NCBI GenBank assembly: GCA_965207225.1
Contig: CBDBLV010000005.1
Location: forward strand, 480,001 to 544,000
Origin: Dehalococcoidia bacterium
GTDB taxonomy: Bacteria; Chloroflexota; Dehalococcoidia; Plut-88900
Reading direction: 5' to 3'
Length of the DNA stretch: 64,000 bases
The position numbers were made by a program, and so were the translations under genes. Within the stretch, counting starts at the first letter, position 1; every line of letters starts with the position of its first letter. The notes beneath the pieces are model-generated. The model was given only the letters and a program-made list of their open reading frames with translations. It had not been told where the DNA came from and searched no databases. This document shows, in pieces, positions 56,234-64,000 of the stretch.

Positions 56234-56743
56234 CTACTGCTCTAGCAGATACTCAATAACCGCTTCGAGCTCTTCCGCCGTCAGCGTCTCGCTGAAGTTC
56301 ACCGGCATCAAGCTTTCCGGGAACCCATCGACAATGTACGCATTCGTGTCGATGATCGACTGCCGGATGTACTCTTCCGCACCTATCCCCGCAATCCGGG
56401 TTCCCGCAGTTTCAGCAATACCCCGCAAACTCGGGCCCAGGCCAACCGTCCCGTCCAGTGAATGGCAGGTCGTGCAAGTAATCGGAGACGCCGTATTGAA
56501 CACCCGCTCCCCGTCACTCCCCTCAAACTCATCCTCCGCGACCTCGGCAGGCGCCGAATCATCCGGCTCCTCCGCCAGGGTGCCGCTCTCCATTGCTCGC
56601 AGGACGGGGGTTGCAGTTGCATAAACATCCGGGTCCCCTGCTCCCCTGTCCCGGTTCGCCAGAACGGAAATGGGGACCGCCACCGCCGCTATAACTCCAA
56701 TTATTCCGCCTAGTAACAGTGCTTTCAGCGTCAAGTTAAACAA
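56234..56743 (-). CDS. Membrane-anchored monoheme cytochrome c
   Basis: N-terminal TM helix, CTTCH, LGP, LMP (axial Met). Confidence 0.88.
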   Translation of the reverse strand: MFNLTLKALLLGGIIGVIAAVAVPISVLANRDRGAGDPDVYATATPVLRAMESGTLAEEPDDSAPAEVAEDEFEGSDGERVFNTASPITCTTCHSLDGTVGLGPSLRGIAETAGTRIAGIGAEEYIRQSIIDTNAYIVDGFPESLMPVNFSETLTAEELEAVIEYLLEQ

Positions 56744-56785
56744 GGGCTGTTTCTGTCCTCCAAGTCCTGCGCAAGAACGGCTAAA

Positions 56786-56833
56786 AGCCTAATTCATGGC
56801 CTGGGATAAGTCAATGAGTGAAATATAGCACAA
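56786..56833 (-). promoter_or_regulatory. Rex-like box and promoter of the cytochrome c gene
   Basis: Minus strand TTGTGCTATATTTCACTC (56833-56816) abutting TTGACT-N17-TAGGCT. Confidence 0.55.
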
Positions 56834-56894
56834 ATGCCGAATTCCTCGCACCGCTCCCTCATACATTCTGGAACTTAGGCCCGGGACCGCCCCA

Positions 56895-57650
56895 TCAAAA
56901 TAGTCCGTTGATGTCTTCGATCACCTCGTCCCTGTCCAGGAATACCCCGAGATAGTAGCTCCGTATGTTCCCCTCGCCGTCCACCAGCACGAACACGTTT
57001 TGATGGTCGAAGTCTATTGAGTCGTCGATTTCCAGGAAGTCCCCCACCCCCTCCCCCCCGAGAAAGTCGGATAGCGAAGGGTCCCCCGGGTTCGACTCCA
57101 GGCTCGGCGCCAGATCATCTTCCAGGGCAGACATACCACCCCGCTCTGGCGTGAATGGCCTGTACGACACCCGGAACCCCCGCGTGATTATCCTGTCCAG
57201 TTGCTCCGCCGGCCCCGTCAAGAAGTCCCACTCCCCTCCCCTCGCCCCGAAGAGCCTCGCATACTCCCTCAACCTCTCAACCGTATCCCGTTCCGGGTCG
57301 AATGACATCGATACCAGCACAACCCTCTCCCCCAGCAATCCCTCTTCCTCCAGCCTGTCCCTCAGCAGCGCCATCTGCAGGGACAGCGTAGGGCACGTGT
57401 CCCGACAGTTCGTCCACGTGAAGTTCACCACGTACGCCTTGCCCCTCAGGTCCTCGCTGCTAAGCGACTCCCCGGTATGGCTCTCCAGTTCCCACGTCGG
57501 CGCGGGAATGGAAAGCTCGGGCGTAGCCGTCGGCTCAGGAGACGAACACGCAGTCAGGATAACTAGGAGAAACCCGGCCGCTAGGGCCGCGAATAGCTGG
57601 CCCTTGTACCTCCATAGGTTCTTGGACGACTCTCTCTCCACCCACCCCAT
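56895..57650 (-). CDS. SCO1/SenC copper chaperone (lipoprotein)
   Basis: LTAC lipobox, WTNCRDTCP (CxxxC), SFDPERDT, conserved His (FDHQ); ATG 57650. Confidence 0.9.
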   Translation of the reverse strand: MGWVERESSKNLWRYKGQLFAALAAGFLLVILTACSSPEPTATPELSIPAPTWELESHTGESLSSEDLRGKAYVVNFTWTNCRDTCPTLSLQMALLRDRLEEEGLLGERVVLVSMSFDPERDTVERLREYARLFGARGGEWDFLTGPAEQLDRIITRGFRVSYRPFTPERGGMSALEDDLAPSLESNPGDPSLSDFLGGEGVGDFLEIDDSIDFDHQNVFVLVDGEGNIRSYYLGVFLDRDEVIEDINGLF

Positions 57651-57657
57651 CCCCGAC

Positions 57658-58560
57658 TCAAATCGCAATCGTGCTGTCCAGCATGATCGCCGTGAAAAGC
57701 CCCGCAAGATACAGGAGGGAATACAAGTACGCCGTCTTCGCCCGGCTCGCCTGCTCGTCCCGCCACAGCTTCACCGCTAGGAAGATGAACATCGCCCCTA
57801 GGGGCGCAGCGATGTAGAGATACAGCCAGTCCACGGCCTGCGTTGTGAAGAACACCATCGTCAGGGCTACCGTCAGGAAGCTGTAGAGCAGGATGTTCCA
57901 GGTAGTCTCCTTCACGCCCCGGACTACGGGCAGCATCGGGATATCCGCCCGAGCGTAGTCGTTGCGTATAAGCAGTGCCAGGGCCCAGAAATGGGCCGGT
58001 GTCCAGAAGAATATGATTGCAAAGAGATAAAGCGCCTCCAGGTCCAGCCCACCTGTCACCGCCGCCCACCCGACCATCGGCGGCACCGCCCCCGCAGCCC
58101 CGCCGATAACAATGTTCTGTGGCGTCCGCCTCTTCAGGTACGCCGTGTACACCAGCACGTAGAACACCGTCGCACCCAGCGTCAGGGCTGCACTTAACAG
58201 GTTGGCCCACACGGCCAGCACCGCGAACGCCGCCGCATTGAGCACGACCCCGAACGCCATCGCCTGCCACGCCATGATCCGCTGAGACGCCACAGGCCTC
58301 TTCTGTGTCCTAGTCATCTTCTGGTCGGAGTGCCGTTCCAGGAAGTGGTTCAGTGCGTTCGCCCCTCCCGACGCCAGCGAGCCCCCCGCCAGCACCACCA
58401 GTATCAACCATCCGGCTGGTATCCCCTGCTCCGCAAGAAACATCCCCCCCAGGGCAGTCACCAGCAGCAGTGAGATGATCTTCGGCTTGGTCAGGCTTAT
58501 GTAGTCATGTACCGTCGACACAACCCTGCCCCGCCCCCCGACTTCCTGCTCAACCAGCAT
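57658..58560 (-). CDS. ctaB: Protoheme IX farnesyltransferase (heme O synthase)
   Basis: LTKPKI, DQKMTRTQKRP, LKRRTPQNIVIGG, WTPAHFWAL. Confidence 0.95.
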   Translation of the reverse strand: MLVEQEVGGRGRVVSTVHDYISLTKPKIISLLLVTALGGMFLAEQGIPAGWLILVVLAGGSLASGGANALNHFLERHSDQKMTRTQKRPVASQRIMAWQAMAFGVVLNAAAFAVLAVWANLLSAALTLGATVFYVLVYTAYLKRRTPQNIVIGGAAGAVPPMVGWAAVTGGLDLEALYLFAIIFFWTPAHFWALALLIRNDYARADIPMLPVVRGVKETTWNILLYSFLTVALTMVFFTTQAVDWLYLYIAAPLGAMFIFLAVKLWRDEQASRAKTAYLYSLLYLAGLFTAIMLDSTIAI

Positions 58561-59512
58561 CCCGCACCTCGCTTCCGCCGCTCTTGTTTAGGTAGGCCAC
58601 CGCCACCATTAATACCAGGGCGGCCCACACGAAAGTAGCCACAGCAACGTGCATCACGTTAGTGGCCCGGTGGAACCCGACCATCACGTTGATCCCCCCC
58701 ACAACTATCTGCGCCACGAAAAGCGCTATGAACAGCGTCGCTATCTGGCTCAACACCGGCGCCCGACCCCGAAGGTTGTACGCCTGGTGCGCCGCAGCCA
58801 CCAGCACAGGTACGGCAACTATGGTTAACAGCCTGTGTCCCATGTGCACCCCTGTAAGGAACGTGTCCGGAAAGATCGACCCCGCACACAGAGGCCAAGA
58901 ATCCCCGCAGGCACCCGTGGCCCCTGTCGCCTGCGTATAGGCCCCACTCAGCATAACGCCCAGCATCAACACCAGTGCTCCAATGAACGTGTTGCGCGCC
59001 GTCTTCGACATTTGAGTGGGGCTCTCTTCACGGTCCCCCTTGGACCCCGCCCACCCGACCACCGTTATCAACAGCATCATCGCCAGCAGGGACTCGGCCA
59101 CCGTCAGGTGCGCCATAACCAGCCACTCGTTCAATTCCGTCCTCACCGTCACCCACCCCAGGATCACCTGGATCACCAGCAACATGAACGCCAGCACGAA
59201 GGCCGTCGTCAGCCGCCTGTCCTCTCGATGCGACCGCCAGATCGTCACCCCCGTACCAACCACTATCAACCCGGTTATCGCCGCAACAAAGCGATGGGAA
59301 TACTCGACTATGGCCTTGAATTCCGCCGGAGGAAGGACCTTTCCATAGCAGAATGGCCAGTCCGGACACCCCAGCCCCGAGTCCGTGATCCGCACAACTC
59401 CACCCAGGATGATCAGCCCTAGCAGGAATATGACGGAGGTCAGCGACCAGGCCCTTAGGCCCCGTCCGGCTCGCTTCGGCATCGGTTTCGTGGTGACCGT
59501 CTGTGCGACCAA
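58550..59512 (-). CDS. ctaA: Heme A synthase (type 1)
   Basis: GGVVRITDSGLGCPDWPFC, EYSHR, second Cys pair and HMGHR. Confidence 0.92.
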   Translation of the reverse strand: MVAQTVTTKPMPKRAGRGLRAWSLTSVIFLLGLIILGGVVRITDSGLGCPDWPFCYGKVLPPAEFKAIVEYSHRFVAAITGLIVVGTGVTIWRSHREDRRLTTAFVLAFMLLVIQVILGWVTVRTELNEWLVMAHLTVAESLLAMMLLITVVGWAGSKGDREESPTQMSKTARNTFIGALVLMLGVMLSGAYTQATGATGACGDSWPLCAGSIFPDTFLTGVHMGHRLLTIVAVPVLVAAAHQAYNLRGRAPVLSQIATLFIALFVAQIVVGGINVMVGFHRATNVMHVAVATFVWAALVLMVAVAYLNKSGGSEVRDAG

Positions 59513-59576
59513 CTGGCCTCAGTCTTGGCTGGCCAACCCTCGCCGGGTAGGTCCCGATTTCCGCCTTAAAGTCCGT

Positions 59577-59594
59577 TTGTGCAGGATTGCACAA
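59577..59594. promoter_or_regulatory. Rex-like operator upstream of ctaA
   Basis: Perfect arms TTGTGCA-GGAT-TGCACAA, just downstream of a minus-strand TGcTATAAT (59602-59610). Confidence 0.75.
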
Positions 59595-59767
59595 CTGGCA
59601 AATTATAGCATAGCCCCCGTGCCCCAGAGCATTAGACACTCTCCTCCCAATCCTTCCTCGGCTTGCCGCGGACCCCGCCTGGTGAGCTCCCCCACACCCC
59701 TCCACCCTCTGACCTGCAGCACGTAGAAAGCTCCCTGCCTCATGCCCCCTCCCACCCCAAAAAACTC

Positions 59768-59817
59768 TTGACGCCTTTTTCCATCTCTGCTACCCTCCCT
59801 AGTGAAAATTTTTACAG
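59768..59817 (+). promoter_or_regulatory. Promoter and Rex-like box upstream of ctaC
   Basis: TTGACG-N17-TACCCT with TG, then TAGTGAA-AATT-TTTACAG (59800-59817). Confidence 0.6.
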
Positions 59818-59862
59818 ACAACGCGCCCACCCCCGACACCCGTCTCGCGAAAGGTCCCCATA

Positions 59863-61467
59863 TTGGCTCCAGGCCTAATCAGGAAGACGCTCCTACCCGC
59901 CCTTCTTCTCGCTTTCCTTTTCCTCCTCGCCAGTTGTGGCGACCAGTCCACCTTTGAAGTCAAAGGCGAAGTCGCCCAGCGTCAGTTGGAGCTCTTCTGG
60001 ATTATCTTCGCCCTCGCCGCCCTCGTCTTCGTAGTCGTCGAAGGTGCTCTCATATATAGCGCCTTCCGCTACCGCCGGCGCCCGGGCCAGGCGATTCCAA
60101 AACAGACCCACGGCCACACCAAGCTCGAAATCGCCTGGACCATCGCCCCCACAATCGTACTCATCGGTGTCGCAATCCCGACCCTGTTCGTCATCTTCAA
60201 CACCTCCTCTTCCAGCGACTACGACATCACCCTCAACGTCGTCGATGAAGTCGTTGACCCCTCCAACGAGGTCACCGTCGAACAGGCCCGATTTGTCGTT
60301 CCTGCCGCATCCGTCGGTGACGAAATAACCGTGCCCCGGATGCACATTACCGCTCGTGCACACCAGTGGTGGTGGGAGTTCCGCTATTCCGGTGACGAAA
60401 TAGAGACCGCCAACGAGCTTCACATCCCCGTCAACACCCGGGTAGACGTTGACCTCTTCTCCGACGACGTAATCCACAGCTTCTGGATTCCCAACCTCGC
60501 CGGCAAGCTCGACGTCGTGCCTACCGTTATAAACAAGACTTGGTTCATGGCCAGCGAACCGGGTATTTACGAAGGCCGCTGTGCCGAGTTCTGCGGCCTT
60601 GCCCACGCCGACATGAAGTTCGTCGTCATCGCCCACGAATGGGACGACTACGACCACTGGAAGTTGGCATACAACGCTCCTCCTCAGCAGCCCACCGGCG
60701 ATGCCCTTCTCGGCCAGGCCGTCTTCTTGAGCAAGGGTTGCGTCCTCTGCCACAACAAGGACTCCGCCACCACCCTGGAGGTGCGGGAACAGCAGAGAAA
60801 CCAGTTCATGGAGGGCAACAACGTTGTCCCGGGCCCGAACCTGAAGCACTTCGCCACCCGCACCACCATGGCCGCTGGAATCGCCCCTCTGACTCAATCA
60901 AACCTCGAGTCCTGGCTCAGCAACCCCGAGGAGTTCAAGCCCGGCAACCGTATGTCCGAGCTGGCCGCCGTCTACAACGACCCGACCCAGACCATGACCG
61001 ACGAAGAGGTCAAGCAGCTCACCGCATACCTCCTTACCCTCCGGCCCTCCGTCGAGGCCATGCCAACCCCCACCCCCGACCCCGCCTCCGTTCCCCCAAC
61101 TCCCACCCCGGACCCCTTCGCCCCAACCCCGACGCCCGCGCCCAGCCCCACACCCGTGGTGCTCCCACCGGGTGACGCTGCCCGCGGTGCCGAGGTCTTC
61201 CAGACCTCTACTCCCCTCACCTGCGTCACCTGCCACTCCCTCGACGGTTCCGTGGGACTGGGCCCCACTCAGCAGGGCATCGCAACTTTGGCCGGTACCC
61301 GCATCCCGGGTATGTCTGCCAGGGAGTACATAACCCAGTCCCTGCTCGACACCAACTCCTATATCGTCGAAGGCTTCCCGGCTGATCTCATGCCCCCCAA
61401 CTTCATCGAGACCATCGGCCCGCAGGGAGTAGCGGACGTTATCGAGTACCTTCTGACACTCAACTAG
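59863..61467 (+). CDS. ctaC: Cytochrome c oxidase subunit II with two fused cytochrome c domains
   Basis: LASC lipobox, HQWWWEF, DVIHSFW, CAEFCGLAHADM (CuA), CVLCH and CVTCH. Confidence 0.95.
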   Translation: MAPGLIRKTLLPALLLAFLFLLASCGDQSTFEVKGEVAQRQLELFWIIFALAALVFVVVEGALIYSAFRYRRRPGQAIPKQTHGHTKLEIAWTIAPTIVLIGVAIPTLFVIFNTSSSSDYDITLNVVDEVVDPSNEVTVEQARFVVPAASVGDEITVPRMHITARAHQWWWEFRYSGDEIETANELHIPVNTRVDVDLFSDDVIHSFWIPNLAGKLDVVPTVINKTWFMASEPGIYEGRCAEFCGLAHADMKFVVIAHEWDDYDHWKLAYNAPPQQPTGDALLGQAVFLSKGCVLCHNKDSATTLEVREQQRNQFMEGNNVVPGPNLKHFATRTTMAAGIAPLTQSNLESWLSNPEEFKPGNRMSELAAVYNDPTQTMTDEEVKQLTAYLLTLRPSVEAMPTPTPDPASVPPTPTPDPFAPTPTPAPSPTPVVLPPGDAARGAEVFQTSTPLTCVTCHSLDGSVGLGPTQQGIATLAGTRIPGMSAREYITQSLLDTNSYIVEGFPADLMPPNFIETIGPQGVADVIEYLLTLN

Positions 61468-61530
61468 TTTTCTTGAGAGGCCTGTCGAAAGTTAATATAA
61501 TCTGAGTCCCGACCCACAAGAGGCTTCATT

Positions 61531-63417
61531 TTGGTAACCGTAGACAAGGTAATAGAGGGCGCAACCGCCAGGTCCAGGACACTTGACATTGCCTGGAGTT
61601 GGATCACCACCGTCGACCACAAGCGGATCGGCATCCTTTACCTCATCACCTCCATCATCTTCTTCTTCGGCGCCGGCATCGAAGCCCTCGTCATCCGCAC
61701 CCAGCTCGCCCGCCCCGACAGCACCCTGGTTGATCCCAGCACCTTCAACCAGATGTTCACCATGCACGCTCTCTCCATGATCTTCTTGGGCGTCATGCCC
61801 ATGAGTGTCGCCTTCTTCAACATTGTCGTACCCCTTGCCATCGGCGCCCGGGATGTTGCCTTCCCCAGGCTTAACGCCCTGAGCTACTGGGTCTTCCTCT
61901 TCGGCGGCCTGCTCCTCAACGGCGGCTTCATTTCCGGCCTCGGCTCCCCCGATACCGGGTGGTTCGCCTACGCCAACCTCACTGAGGAACCCTTCACCAA
62001 GGGCCAGGGCATGACCTTCTACGCCCTGGGACTCATCATTCTTGGAGTTTCCTCCCTGGCCGGTGCCTTTAACTTCGCCGTCACCATTATCAATATGCGC
62101 GCCCCCGGCATGTCCCTCATGCGGATGCCACCGTTCGTCTGGATGACCCTGGTAACATCGTTCCTCTTGATAACGGCCATGCCCGTAATAACGGTCGGCC
62201 TGATCCAGATCCTATTCGACAGGACCTTCGGCACCAACTTCTTCGATACCACCGCCGGTGGCAGCCCTGTTCTCTGGCAGCACGTCTTCTGGCTCTTCGG
62301 CCATCCGGAGGTGTACATCCTCATATTGCCTGCCATGGGCATAGTCTCGGAGATAATCCCTACCTTCTCCCGGAAGCCCCTGTTCGGCTACAAGTTCGTA
62401 ATCTTCTCCGGTATCGTCATCGGCTTCATGGGCTGGGGCGTCTGGAGCCACCACATGTTCACCGTTGGTCTTGGCAACGTGGCCAACTCGGTCTTTGCCA
62501 TTACCACCATGCTCATCGCAGTCCCGACCGGCGTGAAGATATTCAACTGGATGGGGACAATGTGGGGAGGCTCTATCCGCTTCTCCACGCCCATGCTGTT
62601 CGCCGTGGGCTTCGTCGCCATGTTCATACTTGGCGGGCTGAGCGGCGTCACCCACGCCTCACCCCCCGCCGACGCCCAGCAGCAGGACACCTACTACATC
62701 GTCGCCCATCTCCACTACGTCCTCTTCGGCGGCAGCATCATGGGCATCCTCGCAGGCATCTACTACTGGTTCCCCAAGATGACTGGCCGCATGCTCAACG
62801 ACAATCTGGGCAAGCTCCACTTCTGGCTCCTCATGCTTGGCGCTAACCTGACCTTCTTCCCCATGCACATCCTCGGCCTAGTGGGAATGCCACGCAGGGT
62901 CTACACCTACTCCGCCGTATCCGGCTTCGAAGCCTACAACCTCCTCCAGACCGTTGGGGCATTCATCCTCGCCGCTTCCTTCCTCATCTTCCTCCACAAC
63001 GTCTTCAGCTCCCTTAAGAAGGGTGAAAGGGCCGGCGCTGACCCGTGGGACGGACGTACCCTCGAATGGACCATCGCCTCCCCGCCCCCCCACTACAACT
63101 TCGTCGAAATTCCTACCGTCCACAGCCGCGAGCCGGCCTGGGATCTCAAGTACGGCCACGACTCCGAGGGCGCAGTCCCCATCGAAAGGTCCGACGCCCC
63201 AGGCGCCCAGCTCTACAACGAAGCTGAAGAGGAAGACCACCCCGAGATCCACATGCCCGACCCCTCGTACTGGCCCCTCGTGGTCGCCGTAGGATTCGGT
63301 ATTGCAGGTGCTCTCTTCGTCGTTGGCCCGTGGTTTAGCGCCATCGGCGTGGTCATAGCCGTCGTGGGCCTCTACGCCTGGGCCGCCGAGCCCGTATCCA
63401 AGGACGACCACCACTAA
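61531..63417 (+). CDS. ctaD: Cytochrome c oxidase subunit I (type A1) with C-terminal two-TM extension
   Basis: DHKRIG, GHPEVYILILP, WSHHMF, AHLHY, GMPRR. Confidence 0.97.
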   Translation: MVTVDKVIEGATARSRTLDIAWSWITTVDHKRIGILYLITSIIFFFGAGIEALVIRTQLARPDSTLVDPSTFNQMFTMHALSMIFLGVMPMSVAFFNIVVPLAIGARDVAFPRLNALSYWVFLFGGLLLNGGFISGLGSPDTGWFAYANLTEEPFTKGQGMTFYALGLIILGVSSLAGAFNFAVTIINMRAPGMSLMRMPPFVWMTLVTSFLLITAMPVITVGLIQILFDRTFGTNFFDTTAGGSPVLWQHVFWLFGHPEVYILILPAMGIVSEIIPTFSRKPLFGYKFVIFSGIVIGFMGWGVWSHHMFTVGLGNVANSVFAITTMLIAVPTGVKIFNWMGTMWGGSIRFSTPMLFAVGFVAMFILGGLSGVTHASPPADAQQQDTYYIVAHLHYVLFGGSIMGILAGIYYWFPKMTGRMLNDNLGKLHFWLLMLGANLTFFPMHILGLVGMPRRVYTYSAVSGFEAYNLLQTVGAFILAASFLIFLHNVFSSLKKGERAGADPWDGRTLEWTIASPPPHYNFVEIPTVHSREPAWDLKYGHDSEGAVPIERSDAPGAQLYNEAEEEDHPEIHMPDPSYWPLVVAVGFGIAGALFVVGPWFSAIGVVIAVVGLYAWAAEPVSKDDHH

Positions 63418-63442
63418 TCAGGAAACCTAACGGAGAACCCTT

Positions 63443-64000
63443 TTGGCCCAGGTAGCTGCAACCCATCATCCCGAAGAGCACCCCACAAACACCGGGCTTG
63501 ACAACCGCAAGCTTGCAATGTGGGCCTTCCTCGGCTCCGAGTGCCTCTTCTTCGGCACCTTCATCTCCACCTACCTGGTCTACCGCAACCAGAGCCTCGT
63601 TGGCCCCTACCCCGCCGACGTAATAGACGTCCCGGTAACCACGGTCAGTACCTTCGTACTGCTCATGAGCAGCTTTATGATGGTGATGACCCTCTACTCC
63701 ATCAGGAGAGGCGACAACAGAGGCTTCCGCGTTTGGGTTCTCGGTACTGCCTTGCTCGGCTCTGTCTTCTTGGGCTTCCAGGTCTTCGAGTTCCGGGAGT
63801 TCTACGTCCACTACGGCCTGTCCCCGACGACCAACCTGTTCGGCACTAGTTTCTTCATATTGACAGGCTTCCACGGTGCCCACGTCACCGGCGGCGTGAT
63901 ATGGCTCGTGTCCCTATTCGGCCAGAACCTCAACGGCTCCCTTACCCAGAAAGACTCCCTCAGAGTCGAGATTGCCGGTCTCTACTGGCACTTTGTAGAC
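63443..64000 (+). CDS. ctaE: Cytochrome c oxidase subunit III (runs off window end)
   Basis: Hand translation from TTG 63443: KLAMWAFLGSECLFF..LTGFHGAHV..GLYWHFVD. Confidence 0.92.
   Translation, partial: MAQVAATHHPEEHPTNTGLDNRKLAMWAFLGSECLFFGTFISTYLVYRNQSLVGPYPADVIDVPVTTVSTFVLLMSSFMMVMTLYSIRRGDNRGFRVWVLGTALLGSVFLGFQVFEFREFYVHYGLSPTTNLFGTSFFILTGFHGAHVTGGVIWLVSLFGQNLNGSLTQKDSLRVEIAGLYWHFVD

Noticed and set aside
61055-61170. C-rich tandem repeats here and at 9415-9530 and 470-600
   Set aside because: They simply encode Pro/Thr linkers of exported proteins.

Overview
A 64-kb chromosomal window from a high-GC bacterium. The gene repertoire (PAC2 protein, F420-type PPOX, amidohydrolases, Pro/Thr-linker lipoproteins, class V FBPase) suggests Chloroflexota, probably Dehalococcoidia/SAR202-like (inference). 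The + strand is visibly very C-rich throughout. Content, left to right: an HEXXH lipoprotein (truncated), a phytol-kinase-like protein, iscU/iscS, a site-2 protease, cinA, a Zn-ADH, a repeat-rich islet with a hypothetical ORF, a TSUP, a lipoprotein, and a long minus-strand run (dialkylglycine-decarboxylase-like aminotransferase, ALDH, PAC2, amidohydrolase, M24, ABM, coaE, cbbQ-like AAA+, CoA Nudix, 1082-aa VWA). Next come a PotABC-like ABC transporter with a duplicated permease and no binding protein, a hopanoid operon (dxs, prenyl synthase, hpnH, hypothetical, hpnG, hpnA, shc, hpnD, PPOX), an MFS, and three GrdE-like paralogues interrupted by a vapBC pair. A low-GC methyltransferase+AlkB islet, fbp/rdgB/moaC, a PadR operon and a caa3-type cytochrome oxidase cluster with three Rex-like boxes follow. 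The most striking unexplained features are (1) a ~490-nt promoter-preceded intergenic stretch (48357-48845) that folds by eye into two multibranch domains, one closed by a perfect 15-bp long-range helix, a candidate novel large ncRNA; and (2) a ~120-bp dispersed repeat whose 18-bp hairpin keeps perfect pairing and length while its inner sequence differs in all three copies. No rRNA, tRNA, CRISPR array, integrase or transposase was recognised. All calls are by eye, without database searches.
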